DNA from: Zygnema circumcarinatum SAG 698-1b
Lineage: Eukaryota > Plantae > Zygnematophyceae
Direction: 5' to 3'
DNA: 64,000 bases
Assembly (NCBI GenBank): GCA_037447605.1
Contig: CM074820.1
Location: forward strand, 2,232,001-2,296,000
The translations under genes and the position numbers were made by a program. Position 1 is the stretch's first letter, and every line of letters starts with the position of its first letter. Below, in pieces: positions 29,101-42,464 of the stretch. The notes under the pieces are model-generated. The model made no database searches and had not been told where the DNA came from. It saw nothing but the letters and a program-made list of their open reading frames with translations.

Positions 29101-32100
29101 TTCTCAGTCTCACTTTCTCCGTCGGAGTAGTTGCACTTCATCGTGTGATGTTCACAAAAAGAAATTTCCCCTGTCCTTGTTCTCATCAATGCTTTAAGCA
29201 CGAGCCACACCGAGAGATTGAGCTTCCCTTGGCATTATACTTCAACAGAGTGATTTCTCCTTTTCCGATTCATCGCTATTTTTCGGAGAGAGGACTCATT
29301 GCGAGTCTTCATTCTGTTCTCACCTGTCCCGCCGTAGGAAGCTCAACCCTGCATAACGTTCTGTAGGCCACAGTGCGACCGCCGTAAGAGTTTACTGCTT
29401 TTGAACGCAAAAAATTCCCGAGGACTTCGCACTGTTTTGCTTTGCCGATGAGTAGAGATGCATTCGTGGGAAACTTTCGGATTCCTCGTCACATTGTTGG
29501 GTGCTGACTGGCCAATGGAAGCCAACACATCCTGAATGAGTGTGCATGCAGGTGGACTTTTCCCTCGCGGCCATCACCATCCGCTGCGCCCTCAAGCGTG
29601 CCGACCTCGCCATGGAGCACGCGCTGCGGGGGCTATGGCTGCGCGCCGCGAAGGGCGGCAGCGGCAAACTGGACGTGGCCGCGGGATGCGGGGAGATACA
29701 CGTCAGTTTTCCTGTGCCTTTCTTCGTCGTCACACGTGTCGTTCTCTCTGTGTCCCTAAACCGCTGACCCTGGCCTGGTTGTGCTCCGGCCCTGGTTTAG
29801 CGCTTTCAGAAGGTTATTGGAGGGAGCTGGAATGGCATCTTGGCGTGTTTGGACGTAACTGCAGACTGCTGACGGTGCTATTGTCGCTCGTGTGGCCAGC
29901 TGATGCGAGGAGCAGAAGGCTGTTTGCTAGAGATTGCGAAGATTGTGACGCAAACCACCATGGAATTCCCGTTTCAGGTGCACCACACATCTTCACCTTA
30001 GAGAAGCTGCGAAGCATTTTCATCCTTGTAGACTACGCTTTCATTCATTCATGATACCACTTGTGGTGGACCTCACCAGTGTCTGTTGGGTTCCCCCCAC
30101 AACGCAGGGTGGTGAGCCGGGCCGTGTAGAGGCACAGGCCACGGTCCAAGGCCTGCGGGGGCGCGTGCAGCCGGCGCGTTTGGAGCCATGGCTGCGGGCC
30201 GCGGCAGAGGAGAGGCGGAGGCGGCCGGGCAGCCAAAAGACTGCGAGTGTGCCCGCGAAGGGGAAGAAGAGGAGGGCCGGAAGGGCACCCGTCGTTGCGT
30301 GGGAAGTGAGTGTCTCAGTGCCGGAGGCGGAGCTCACCGTCTGCAGCTGGGAGGGCGAGAATCTGTATCAGGTGAAGTCTGACACCCGCATCCTACAGCA
30401 ACGTTTTAGATTTTTCGGCAGCTATAGTTATCTGAGAAAGGAATTAGTATCTGATCTGTAGTCTTTTTGTATTGGAGCCGTGCAAGGTTTGAGATGTCCG
30501 GTTCATGACCTTCACTGTCAGCGAACTGGGAACCTGTCGCTTGGTCTTTGTTGTGCTAAGAATGTTACGCCAAATGACGCCTTCTGCAATAGCATGGTGG
30601 CCTTATCGTTGTCTGCCACTGAGCTTTTGCTTTTTTGACTTTTCAATAAAATAGTTTTGGAGTTTGGCTGGCAGGTGCTTGCACGACGAGGGAGTATGTT
30701 CGGGAAGGGGAGACCAACGGAAAGACTGCAGGCTCAGGCAGAGATTTGCGATCTGCAAGTTCAAATGCTCGACGTGGAGGCGGCCTTGCAGCCTTCAGAA
30801 TCCCAAGGGCGGGGACAAGCGGATGGCGGCGTTGGGAGGTGCGCAGAAGAAGGGGAGGAGTGGAGGTGGAGGCGGCTGTTTGACATGCGGCGGTTGGGGG
30901 CAGAGTGGGGCCTTGCAGGGCCGGATGAGGGCGATCAAGGGGGCGACGAGAGGAAGGAGCTGAAAGAACAGAAAAGGTTAACTCTTCAGATCGGGATTTC
31001 ACGTCCCCACCTAGTTTTGAGTCTCGCAACGTTGTGCACTCTACTGTCACATGCGTCAGCTGTTCAGCGGCACTTGAAAAAATTATCAAAGAAGGAGGCA
31101 GGCAGCAAAGGGAAAACGTCAACTCCGGGAGGGAGAGGAGGCTGGAAGGGAATACAGAGACTCAAGGTTGTCTGCGATGCTATTACTGTGGAAATGAGGC
31201 ACCGCATGAAAGTGGCACAGACGGATATATCTGACCCGAAAAAGATCAATTTTGGGAATCAGGGTGGAGAGGTTCTGTTCATGACCACTCCTGAAGGACT
31301 GCCACGACTTGCAGAGCTCAGACTCGCGGAGTTTAACGGCAGGTCCATGGCTGAATATGAAGTTCAGGCAAGACTCGAGTTGGCAAAAGTGACCGTGTCG
31401 TCAGATCTGGAGGACGACTGCGTTCGAGGCCGCCTTGAGAGGTGCTCTGCTGTTTACTGCGAGACCAGCCCAACTGGGGAATCTTTGGCGGAAACTCGTC
31501 TTATCGGCATCAGAATGGGCTGGCTAGTATATCAGAAAGGGCTGAAGGAGGCGAGCATTCCGGGGAGTGTGCTGATGACTGCGCAGGGCCTCGAGGCGCG
31601 CTGGGAGCCGGACGCGCACCTCCTCCTGCAGGAACTGGCAGCCGGCCTCCGCCTTATCTGGCGAGCACAGAAGGAGCCGCCCAACCTCCGCCCTCCCTCT
31701 CCTCCCTCTGCTCCCTCTGCTCCCTCTCCTCCCTCTCCTCCCTCTGCTTCCTCTCCTCCCTCTGCTTCCTCTGCTCCCTCTGCTTCCTCCGCTGCGGAAG
31801 GGCTCGAAGGGCTCGGGGAGGGGCAGCTTGAGGGCCGTGGAGACCCCGTTCCGGGGGGGGGGAAGAAGTATGCTGATGGGCAAGGACAGCCTGCTGCGCC
31901 CAAGAAGCCGAAAATGGCTGTAGCCATCGACTTGGAGGATCTGCAATGTACAGCCATGGCAGCGGATGGCGTTGAGGCTCATCTGCGCATACGGTCGGCA
32001 TTTTCTGAAGACATCGCAGTGGGTGTTCTGCTAGAAAATGTAGTTACGGGGTTCAATGCCGCCGATGTGTTCCGCAGTAAATCTTTACAGATGTCACGAG

Positions 32101-35100
32101 TACCCGCTGGGACAGAGCTGTCCGAGCTTGCGGAAGGCTCAAACGATGGCGAAAGACAGAGGGGCAGTAAAGAGGCAGAGGAGGCTGTGTGGGATGTGGT
32201 GGTATTGGGGCAGGAGGTGGAGGTGATTGTCCCTCATCGAATGGAACTTCGGGCCATCGATGATGCTATCGAGGACATGATTAGGGTGCTGAAATTGACA
32301 ATGGCTGCACATACATCAGAATTCGGGAGTGTTCCCGCAACGAAACGGAAGTTGAGCAACAGAGGAGTAAGAAGAAAAGGAGCAATCCGATTTAATCTGC
32401 AGAACGTGAGGATAGAGGTGGAGGAAGAGCCAATGCAAGCATGGCTTGATACTCATCTGCGTCTTATGAAGGAGGTAGGAAAAGAGTTTTTGGTAAGAGA
32501 GAGGCTCCTTGCAGAGCGACAGAACGAGGCAACCTCCCAGAAGTCCGGGCAGCTCGGGACAGGGAAAAGGTCGAGTGGAGAAATGGACGATATGGAAGGG
32601 AGCGGCGTCGGTTGGATTTCGGCTAAAGCATCGACTGAAACCGCAGGCGAGACTTTGGATGAAGGAACCTTCAAAGAGGCCTGGGAGAGGCTGCAACAAC
32701 AACGCTTCTGTGCGTACAAAGCTGAAGTCGCAACTCTGAGCAAGTATCCTGGTTCGGGGGCAGTCAGCGAGGGCTTCCAATCGGGCTTTAGTCTGTATGC
32801 GACGAGGCGTTCACTCATGAGCGTCACATTCTCTGCACTTGAACTTGTCCTTTCCCCAATCGAGGGAGGGAGAGAGTCTGTGATAGAGAGAGTTCGTGAT
32901 ATGGATGAAGTGGGTCCTGCCGAGAAGATTCCCTTCTCGAGACTCTATGGCCGGGAGGTGGAGCTGACATGTTCCGACCTCAGGTGGGAGCTGCGGAATT
33001 TCCCTTATCCTCTACTGGCAGCGAAGTCAGGCAAATGCAAGGGGGTGGCGATCCTGGCTGCTCAGGTGCGCTTTGCGGCACTTATCTCACACGAATTTAT
33101 CAAATGTGCATTTTGCAAGCATCTTGCTTCTCCATGAAAGCTTCAAGGAATTCTGCGATGCTTAGATGTCTACAGGACATGGGATGTGGCATAAAGTTGC
33201 AGCCGCCGTTGAGTGAAGTCGCTCTGGGTGGGACTGTCCTTTGTCCGGCAAGCAGAACAATTAAGCGAGATGCCCCCTCCATCAGCCTTGCATGTTCTAT
33301 GCAGCTTGAGAGGGCCTGCAGCGAGCTGGTATTGAAGTCTGAGCGTTCCCAGTACGGCCGGTTGCCTCACTCACTGCTGACTCTGAGCGGCCCTGTCCTC
33401 CTTCCGCAGGCCACAGTTTACCAGCCACAGCAGCGAATAGATGTCTTTCTTGGCCGTTGGCGCAAAGTGGGAGTCCTGCGCTCCATTAGCGGCTCCAACC
33501 CGCCCCTCAAATTTTATTCTGATGCAGTAATGGAGTTTGAAAATGGCGAGCTGTCATACGGGGTGGGTTATGAGCCTGTCCTCTACAATGATTTCAGCAA
33601 TGCTATCTCTGTCGCAATAAGGAAGGGTGACTTTGGCAGGAGAAAGGAAGGTTTAGCCTCGCAGGTTGAGACAGCAGTTCGTCCGAGCGACGTGCTGAGT
33701 GCCCCTCCCGCCGCGAAGGCCAAGGAGCGCAGCCTGCCCTGGTGGGACATCATGCGCTACTATATGCACGGCCGGACGACTATCCGCATGAATGACTGCG
33801 ATTGTTACTTCCTGGCGACAGTGGACCCTTATGAGCACAAGGACCTTCTGCACATCAACTCTTCATCGCTGGTGTTTACCGAGACGAAGGGCAACATCTT
33901 GCTCCGCTTTGAAGATGCAGAAGTCCGTATCTCCAGCGACATTCAGTCATCAAAATCGAGCTCAGCAGCCGAAAGGGAGAAAACTCTGGTTATAGACTCG
34001 CCAGTGTTTGAAATGCAGATTACCTTGGGGTGGGAATGTGGTTCGGGAAATCCCAACATGCACTATCTTCATGCTCTCCCTCAAGAAGGTAGACTTCGCA
34101 GTCAACTGTATGACCCGTTTCGCTCTAATGGACTAAACATGAGCTGGGAATGGCGCTTTACGGCAAAGGAAGGCGAGGACGGGGCTGCTGCGGAGTTTTC
34201 AAGCAAGTCTGCTTCTGGAAAGCTGGGCTCCGAAAGGCTCCTGCAGCCGCCGTTTCCAGGGCAAGAATACCGTCGCTCGCATCCGCCATCTTCTCGCGGG
34301 TTGCCTTTCGCTGAAATGGAGAGCAGCTCAAGGGGGCAGGAGAAGAACAGAGTCCCCGCGGTCTATTTGAAGGGTCGAGATCTTGCGTGGATTTTGCGCT
34401 TCTACAAACTCATGTATTACCCTCCACATAAGTTACGGTCATTCGGACGCGCTAAGAGATTTGGAATTCCGAAAAGGCCGCGGTCGGGAAATTTCAGCTT
34501 GAGTCAGACATTATCGGAGATGCTCATCCGAGTGGACGTGTCCCCGGGATATCTCCGACGCCATGTGTCGCTCGATAGCGATGACAGTGCTGACGAGCTG
34601 GCATGGCACATGGATGGCTGCAAATATGAGCTGTGTTGGAGCAGAAATTTGAGAGCGTGGGACGGGACTGGGAAAAGGCCGTCTCTTATAACGGCTTATC
34701 AGGGCCTGGATATTGCTCGGCTACGCGTGGTGCTAGAAGAGAGTCTTTTTGATATGGGACTATCAGATGAAGATCCCCACTCGACTCTTCCAAGGATCGA
34801 GAAGCTGAGGGAACTGCTAGGCTTTCCTGACACACTGAGATTCGAGGACGTGATTGGGAAAGGGAATGACGAAACTCTGGAGAGGCCCGACGACAAAGGC
34901 TTCCTCTTGGCTACAGACTGCGTGGCTATCCGAAAGCAGTCTCCAAAAGCTGACAACCTGCAGCTCGGGATATGGAAAGTAGGTCGGCAGTATTGGGAGG
35001 GTCGCGGCCGACAAGGCGCTCCCCTGCCTGTGGAGTGGACCGACGAAGAGGAGGTGATGTGGTCTGACGGTGCCGGCGAGGGCGGGCTGACCGTGTCCCT

Positions 35101-37837
35101 TCCCGACAACTGTTGGCGCGTCCTCGTGCACGGCCTCAAGGTCCTTTGGACGCTGCCGAACCGCGACGCGCTGTGGGCGTGGGTCGCGGACATGGCGGAG
35201 GGCGTCGCCGCGAAGAAGCCCTCGCCGGCGAGGCAGCGCGCCGCGCGGAGGAGGATGGAGGCGCTGCAGAGGAGGGCCAAGCTCGCGGCGGAGGCAGGCG
35301 ATGGGGGAGGAGGGGGGGAGGCACCCAAACGAGGGGCAGGCGCATCCGCGGCAGGTGAACGAGCCACTCTCCATCGACCTGTGTTCTCTGCGTTCTCCGT
35401 TTGTCCTCGTGCAGAACGAGGAAATTTGTGAAAGAATCTTGGGCTGACATGCGTGTAATGTCTTCAGTTATCGCTCTGAAAGGGTGTCATGGGCTGTTGA
35501 ATGCACACGTCGCTGCAGAAGCGGCAGGGAAGGTGGAAGAACCCACCATGAAGTTCATCATTAGCATCATTCAGCCTCAGTTCAACCTGCATTCAGAAGA
35601 TGCCAAGGTGGGTGTAGCATTTGGATTGCATTTGGATCCAGTATTTCTTGTTGTGTACATTTTTTTATGCTAGCTAGTAGATGACGTTTTAGCGTGTTTC
35701 CTTGTCGTTATGTTTGCATTGGTTGCGGGCTGCTTTCAGTGATGCATGTAGCTGAGACCACTCTACGGTACGGTGGCGTATCTGGTGACTGTTACTCACA
35801 GTATCATCATCACGTATTTCTTCCCTATCGTGCAACCTCTTCGATGTTGCCACAGTTCCTCCTCATGGACCTCTCTGCACATCAGCATATCCTGCTTAAG
35901 CCCTCTAGCAGTGCGTATCATCCTGGACACAGAAAGAGCTGAGGCCTGTTTCTGAGCCCCGGTTTCCTTTTCCAGGGCCGCTTTCTGCTGGCCGCGGCAA
36001 GCGGGCAAGTGTTGGCCCGCACCTTCCACTCCCTCGTGTACGCGGGGGCGGAGCTGCTGAGCGGGTCCATGAGCCGCGACGAGGCCCTGCAGGTCGGCGG
36101 GCAGTCCTCCCTCATCACGTGGAAGAAGCACGAGCTGTCGGTGCTCCTCGAGGACGTGCAGGCCCACGTGGCCCTAACTGACGTGGACCCCACCGCCCCC
36201 ATCCAGTGGCTCCCGAAGGTGCCCACGGGCGGCCCGCCGGCCGGCGAGGGCGGCCGCCTCCTGCGCCGCGTCTTCCGGCCCTGCGCGATGTACTTCCAGT
36301 TCGCGCGGCACAAGGGAGGGGGAGATACCGCCAAGGTAGGGGGGACATCCACCCACCCAGAAGAGCATATGGATGGATGGATGGATGGATGGATGGGGGG
36401 CTTCAACTATAGAGGGCAGAGGGCGCGTGGGCTCGTTCCTGACGGCTGCATGTGGGTGATTGATTGCTTCTGTGTTCGGAATGCAGGTGAAGCCTCTGAC
36501 AGAAATCTCCTTCAACTCTCCAAACATCGCCGCCACTATGGATTCACGCCAATTCCAGATTCTCGTTGACGTGATCAGCAATCTCATTTTGGCACGCCTC
36601 CCCAAGTACATGGCTATCCTACTGAAAGCTTTGTATTCTCATGAGCGCGGTTGTCATTAGATTTTAACTCGTCAGGGCACTCCTGGAAGACTGTCAAGGT
36701 GGTAATCGGAACGAGGGTGCCATCTTTTTTTTCCATTACTAAGCTTGGAGTCAGACCTCTGCATATGTGACGTGCTGCAGGAAATCAAAGGCGGGTTTTG
36801 CGAGCGGAGAGGAGGAAGATGGCGATGATGTTGCGCCCGAAGTGATGCCGGAAGGCATCGAGGAGGTGGAATTGGCGCGCATCGATGTGGAAAAAGCAGA
36901 GAGAGAGGCGAGACTGCTTGTTCGCGACATTGAGCACATTCACGAAAGGTCGCTCGCAGATGGTGGAAGCCATGGCGAACTTTCACATTCTGGAAACTCG
37001 AGAGGGGGACGTTTATGGATGCTGTCTTGCAGCAGGCAGCAGCTTGTGAGCTCACTGCCTCCAGTCTGTCTTTCCCATGTGCTCGTCGGGTGAACCATGG
37101 GTGCATTTAAAGGTGCTAAAGCAGTGAAATGCCCTGAAACTGCTGAATAGAGGTCAAGTTATGCCCTCTTTGCTTGCCTGCTCTCTATTCTCCTACTGAG
37201 GAGGAGGAGGCGAGAAAAGAAACAAAGTAAATAGAAGAGAGTAGAGAAAGTTATGGAAAGTAAAGACCATTTTTGGGAGTAATAGGCGATGGAGACATTC
37301 CCTGGCTATCTTTGGAGAGGCATCCGTGACCGGTCAAGTTGGAACGTGCTGCTTGCTGGGAGCAGATGACCCGCCTGGAAATGGAGCTGCAGAGCCGGCG
37401 GCGAGTGCGGCAGGAGGCCTGCAGCGGCCTGCGCAGCGTTGTGCAGCAACACCAGGAGAAGCAGAAGAGCCCGCGAGCGGCCATGGCTATCTCGTGGGCC
37501 ATTGACAAAATCGTCTGGACTCTTTTAGACGGCGAAGCTTTCGCGGAGGCGGAGATTAGTAGAATGGTGGGAACACCACCGTTCGACATGTTTCCATGCT
37601 TTTTGTCCCCTGCCCTGCCCTGCCCTGCCCTGCCCTGTTTCCCTCACTCTGAAAGATGTCCTGGTTGTGTTGTCCATGATGGCAGATTTTGAACGTGGAC
37701 CGCGACTTCAAGGACGTCGGCAAGGCGGAGTTCGTGGTGCAGGCCGTCGCCGTGCGCAACCTCGCGCCGGGCGCGCCCACCGCGCTCGCCGCCTGGAACC
37801 CCCCCCCCGACTGGGGCAGGTGCGCTGCGTGGCGGGG

Positions 37838-37888
<51 letters not shown>

Positions 37889-40800
37889 GAGATCGATTCC
37901 CGGGCTTATTGAGCTGCAGAATGCTTGCTTGCAGGCGGTGTTCAATCACCGTGGCTCGCATTTCACCAACACTTCGTTTCTGCAATTTGTCTTATTCCTG
38001 ACTTTTTTGGGTTTATGGCTCTAAAATGAAATTGCTCATTATCAACATTCTTGTTTGATTCGGCGATCATTAGGAGGCAGTTGACTCTGACAGTATTTTT
38101 AAACTTATGAAGCCGGATCCATTGAGCTAACCTCCTTTCACATGATGAAATGGCTCCGAGTTTGTGGTTGCACCCTCATTATGCACCCATGGTTCCGCAT
38201 CTGCACATGCCGCAAGCGGTTCTTTCTGCCCGTTGAACGATTCCTTGGATTGTTTCCACCGGTTGTTGTGAAAATGCAAAGGTCTGACCAAATTATTGAA
38301 CACGAGTGAGCGTGCTTTCTTGACGTCCAAACAGTTTGACTTGTTGGCACGCTTCTGATGCCCTTGTCCGGGTCGTTATTCGCGGTTGTTGAAATGTTCA
38401 GCACTCCTGTCGGTGTGTGTTGAAGTCAGTGTACTATGTGATGCAGTGAGCCTGAGTGAGTCTTGTTTTGCGCGTTGCCTGCCGCAGAACCTCCATGGTG
38501 AGTGTAGTCGGTAACTCCGGAGCGCCGGTGGAAGGCGTCGCGCCCATCCAGAGCTTCGAGGTGCGCCTAACCCTCCCCTCCCCTCCCCTCCCCCGCCCGC
38601 CGCCTGTGCGCTGTGAAGCGAACCGCATGGGCGGAGGAACACCTGTCGCCTGTGTGCTTTGGAGGGACTAAGCGGCCGCTGGATGGTCTGCTTCATGGCT
38701 ATGTTGGAGCTTCCGGCTTGTTGCGACAGACAAACCGCTCACTTTTACAGAACATTCAAATGGAGTGTTTGTCGCTGTCGGTAGAACAAGGGCCAGGCGC
38801 TGATAATGTGCTGACTGCAGTGATAGCTTGTCTCCCGCCATGAAATGATGCCCAAAGGAGTGATTGGCGTGTATGTGGCTGTGGGGGGCAGGTGGAGATA
38901 TATCCGCTGAAGATTCACCTCACGGATGCGATGTATCGTCGTACATGGCAGTACCTCTTTCCCAAGGATCTGGACCCACAGGTTGGGCAGGTACGGCTTA
39001 CCAAATGTGAACTTGCAAAGAAGATTCGCCGCTACGCTCTACTGCAGCTTCACCATCAGGATTTTTTCCGTACTTTGATATGGTGGAGTCGATGACGATG
39101 CTCTGTGCATTTCCAAACTACTAGGAACGTATTTGTGTGTTTTCTTCCCGTTGCATGATGACTCCTTGTTGTTTTTTTATTTGACATCACTTGTTATGAG
39201 CCGATGACTCTTAAGGTGTCCGCAGAGCACAACTTTCTCTTATAGTGCCTTTTTTTTTTTTTTTTTCAATTGCGTAGCGTTACTTGTCTCACGTCAATGA
39301 TAACGTTTGGGTTGAGTTGAAACATGCTCGTCCCTTAACCGGGTGGGGCTGGAAGATATGTGATGTACAGGACCGAGTGGGTGGTTTTAAGGAGGTTAAT
39401 TTCGGGTTTCTGACTGATGACGGACTTGGAGTTGTGTTTTTTATTGATTTCTTCCAGGAGACTTATCGACCTACTTCGTCAAAACGAACCTCAAAGAGAA
39501 AGATCTCAACAGGAGCATCTGGGCCATTGTCGGGGACACTCGGACGGACAGACTTGGAAGCCCTCACACCCGCTCATCTGGAAGCCTTTGGAGCTGACCT
39601 TATGGCAACGCAGGACACCCAGGTATGAAACTCTTCATTCTTGTCTCTGGCTCGTTGTTAATCCGGAGTCGCACCATTCAAGCGTGTTGACAAATGTATT
39701 CTCCTTGACGTGATACTCCATTCAGTTTCTTGCTTCCTTTCTCAAAAGAAACTCAAACTCTACTATGGTTTCTTTTGCCTCGAGAGCGCCTGTCGTGATT
39801 GGGGAAAGGAAACGGATCCCCCCCTTCCCCTTTGCCCTCCTTCTCCCCCCCCCCCCTTAAAAACCCTAAAAACCCTAAAAACCCTTAAAACCCTAAAAAC
39901 CCTAAAAATCCTAAAAACCCTAAAAACCCTAAAAACCCTAAAAAGTGATGAAGTGATCCACCTTCCGCCCTTCATTCCCCTACCGCAGGCCGGCCGAGTT
40001 CGCGAGGCAGCGGGGCCGTTGGCCTCTGCGGCGGAGAGCGGGAGTCATCTCGATTCCCATTTCCTGCGCAGCATGAGCAGCCCCTCCAGCATAGAGGCCG
40101 CCGCCGGGCCCTCCCCTCCGTTCAGCGACGAAGCGCGCTTTGGGAAATTCCTGAGCGACTCGACACCCGCCGCTGCGCTGCCCCCATCTCGCCACGCGAT
40201 CTCGGGGACGGGGCCTGGAGGGGCGGCAGGCGAGGCTGAGGGATCGGCATGGAGCGGAGAGAGAGAGATGAGAGTGCAGAGAGGGAGGGAGGGGGACGAC
40301 GGCAAGCCGGGGCTTAAACATGTGAGGAGAGGGAGCAGAGGGGGTCAATGGGAGGGGGGGGGCAAGGAGAAAGAAAAGCTGGAAGGGAAGGGCGGGAGGA
40401 AAACAAACAAGCTTGCCAAGCAGGATGAGCGCGTGTTTCGACAGGAGGAGAAACTGGCAGAGAAGCTAAGGACAAGGAGGGCGATGCTAGAAAAGCAGAG
40501 GGCGGAAAAGGAACAGAAAAAGCTGTTATATATCAAGTACATCAAAATCAGCCGGGTAGGAACTCTCTTTCGCTAGAAAGTCTTGTGCTGCTTTGTCTGT
40601 CCCTTGAGGGGAGATACTGTAGGGGATAGGTTTTGCTTTGGAGAAGCTGATTTTTTACCAAACCACGATTTTGAAAGTTCTCTGATAGGTGAGCACAAGC
40701 GGGGCCTCCTTGATTTGTCCGTTGGCTTCAGTTGCTCTAACCCGTGCTTGTTTGGGTCGAGCAACAGGTAGAGCTTCTTGTCACGTACAAGGGGAGTCGT

Positions 40801-41703
40801 TATTCTGTGACAGAACTCCGGCTGCTGTTAGATACCTTCACCCGAAGTGAATTCACGGGAACATGGCGCAAACTTTTTGGGAAGATAAAGAAACACGTCA
40901 TATGGGGCGTTTTGAAGTCAGTTGCGGGAATGCAGGTGCAGAAATCAAACTTTACTGCCATCCCCCTATCTGTTGTTTTGCTATTGTCCCTTCAGCAGTT
41001 GCCCTTACGCCTTCGCGGCTGTGCAGGGCTCCAAGTTCAAGGACCGCGCGCAGCCTCCGCCGGCCGGCAGCGAGGGGGGCAGCGGCCCGGAGAGCGACTC
41101 GGACAGCGAGACCTCCTCTCTGGGCCAACGGGCGGCAGTGCCGGCCCACCACTTCAGTCTGGCCAGCCTCAAGAAGCAGTCGGATAGGGCGGGGGAGGGC
41201 TTTGTGTCGTCAATTAAGGGCCTCTTTAACTCCCAAAAGAGAATAGTGAAACCCTTTCTTCGGCGGGCACACACTGAAGGCTTGAACAGAGAAGGAAGCG
41301 ATGGGGAGGGAGGAGACACAGTTGCGAGCACTTTAGGCAGCAGAGACGGAAAGGAAGGTTCTGTGACCAAGACGAAAGGATTTTTGGCTTTTGGAAAACC
41401 TATGATGCTGCGTCGACCATCTGGACGTCTCAAAGGTATAATATCTCTTTCAGCTACTTCCCTGATCCGCATGCAACCCAGCATTTCAGATGCAATAAGT
41501 AGATGTAGGCAAATCAGATTCTTGCACCTTCCCTCGACCCCAAAAAACCCTAAAGTCAACTTGTTGTGCAAATACTGTGATCAGGGAGGTACGAACTGGA
41601 GCATGCCGCAAGTCCATCGCAGGACTCTGTTGATCCTGCCTCCGACGAGTCAGCGCACGAGGGCATGGGGGCGGAGGCCGCATCCATGATGACAAAACAC
41701 TGA
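25997..41703 (+). CDS. SAB: SABRE/KINKY POLLEN-like bridge-like lipid transfer protein (BLTP2/KIAA0100/FMP27 family), multi-exon
   Basis: N-terminal TM MALSPVAFVLLFLTLATGAWLLAK, then VSFRVLGLLRLKDVAIKFKK, GRGKWRLLA, LPWWDIMRYYMHG, QPQFNLHSE and RFLLAAASG. The C-terminal part has IKISR|VELLVTYKGSRY and FTGTWRKLFGKIKKHVIWGVLKSVAGMQ. A last exon 41585-41703 splices in frame (...SMMTKH*). Confidence 0.92.
28241..28299. repeat. 11-bp G-rich minisatellite (GGGACCGTSAR) x5 just after a splice donor
   Basis: gggggaccgtcaggggaccgtcaagggaccgtgaggggaccgtcaagggaccgtgtgggg, preceded by (GGCCA)3. Confidence 0.85.
39854..39944. repeat. Interstitial telomere-like array (CCCTAAAAA)x10 = TTTTTAGGG in a BLTP2 intron
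   Basis: Ten 9-10-bp units with few variants, inside intron ~39624-39988. Confidence 0.85.
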
Positions 41704-42256
41704 CTCGGTGCTCAAGCGCTTAACGACTAGCATTGCCTTGCACTTCTTAGAATAAAATTTGTATTGTCCTAGTACATTCACTTTTCTTCACAGTGCTTCC
41801 AGCCGGTCACAATAGCTTGAGAATGTAGTTGACACTAGAACCAGCTTGTTGACCTCAAGTTCTTTAGCATTTCATAGCCATTGCTGTAGTCATTTTGCAG
41901 GTAATGGCTACTCAGGCCATACATCCAGCGAGATGAACCTTGAAGATTACTACGTAGTATTTAGGACTGCCTGACCCATGCTTTGTACATTACTAAGCAG
42001 CCTTACTGTAATTACTTTGTGACAAAATGCACTTGGAATGCAGTGGAAACAGCGCGGGTTAGGGTTTTCAGGGTGTCGTTGGGTGTTTTTGGCTTTTTCA
42101 GGAAGTTTTAGGGTTTTTTGGGTTCTACGCTCAGGCTTCATGGCTAACCGTTTGCACAAGGCGGTGACTGACTAAAGCCAGCAAAGGCGCAGAAAAGCCT
42201 CAACCATATGGTTAACCATCAGCCAGCCAACCAGCCAGCCAGCCAACCAGCAAATA

Positions 42257-42464
42257 GTTTGATTTCAAATTCTCGTTCTCCAAATTCAGTTTTGGACCTT
42301 TTTGAGTTGTGACACCCGCAACAGGACTGCTGACCTATACACACATATTCCGTTATTTATAACTTTTTTGTATTTTACCTTTTTCGACCGGTTTTTTTTT
42401 TTGAATCTAGCTACAGTGTCTGCCCTATCCACAAATCGTTTAATTTCAATTTCTCGTTCTCCCA
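42257..42464 (+). repeat. Diverged, inverted monomer of the 174-bp satellite
   Basis: The plus strand here aligns by eye to the reverse complement of the monomer (cgttctcc..attcag..tggac..ttgtgacac..cctatacac..ccgttatttataacttttttgt.tttta..ctacagtgt). Confidence 0.75.
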
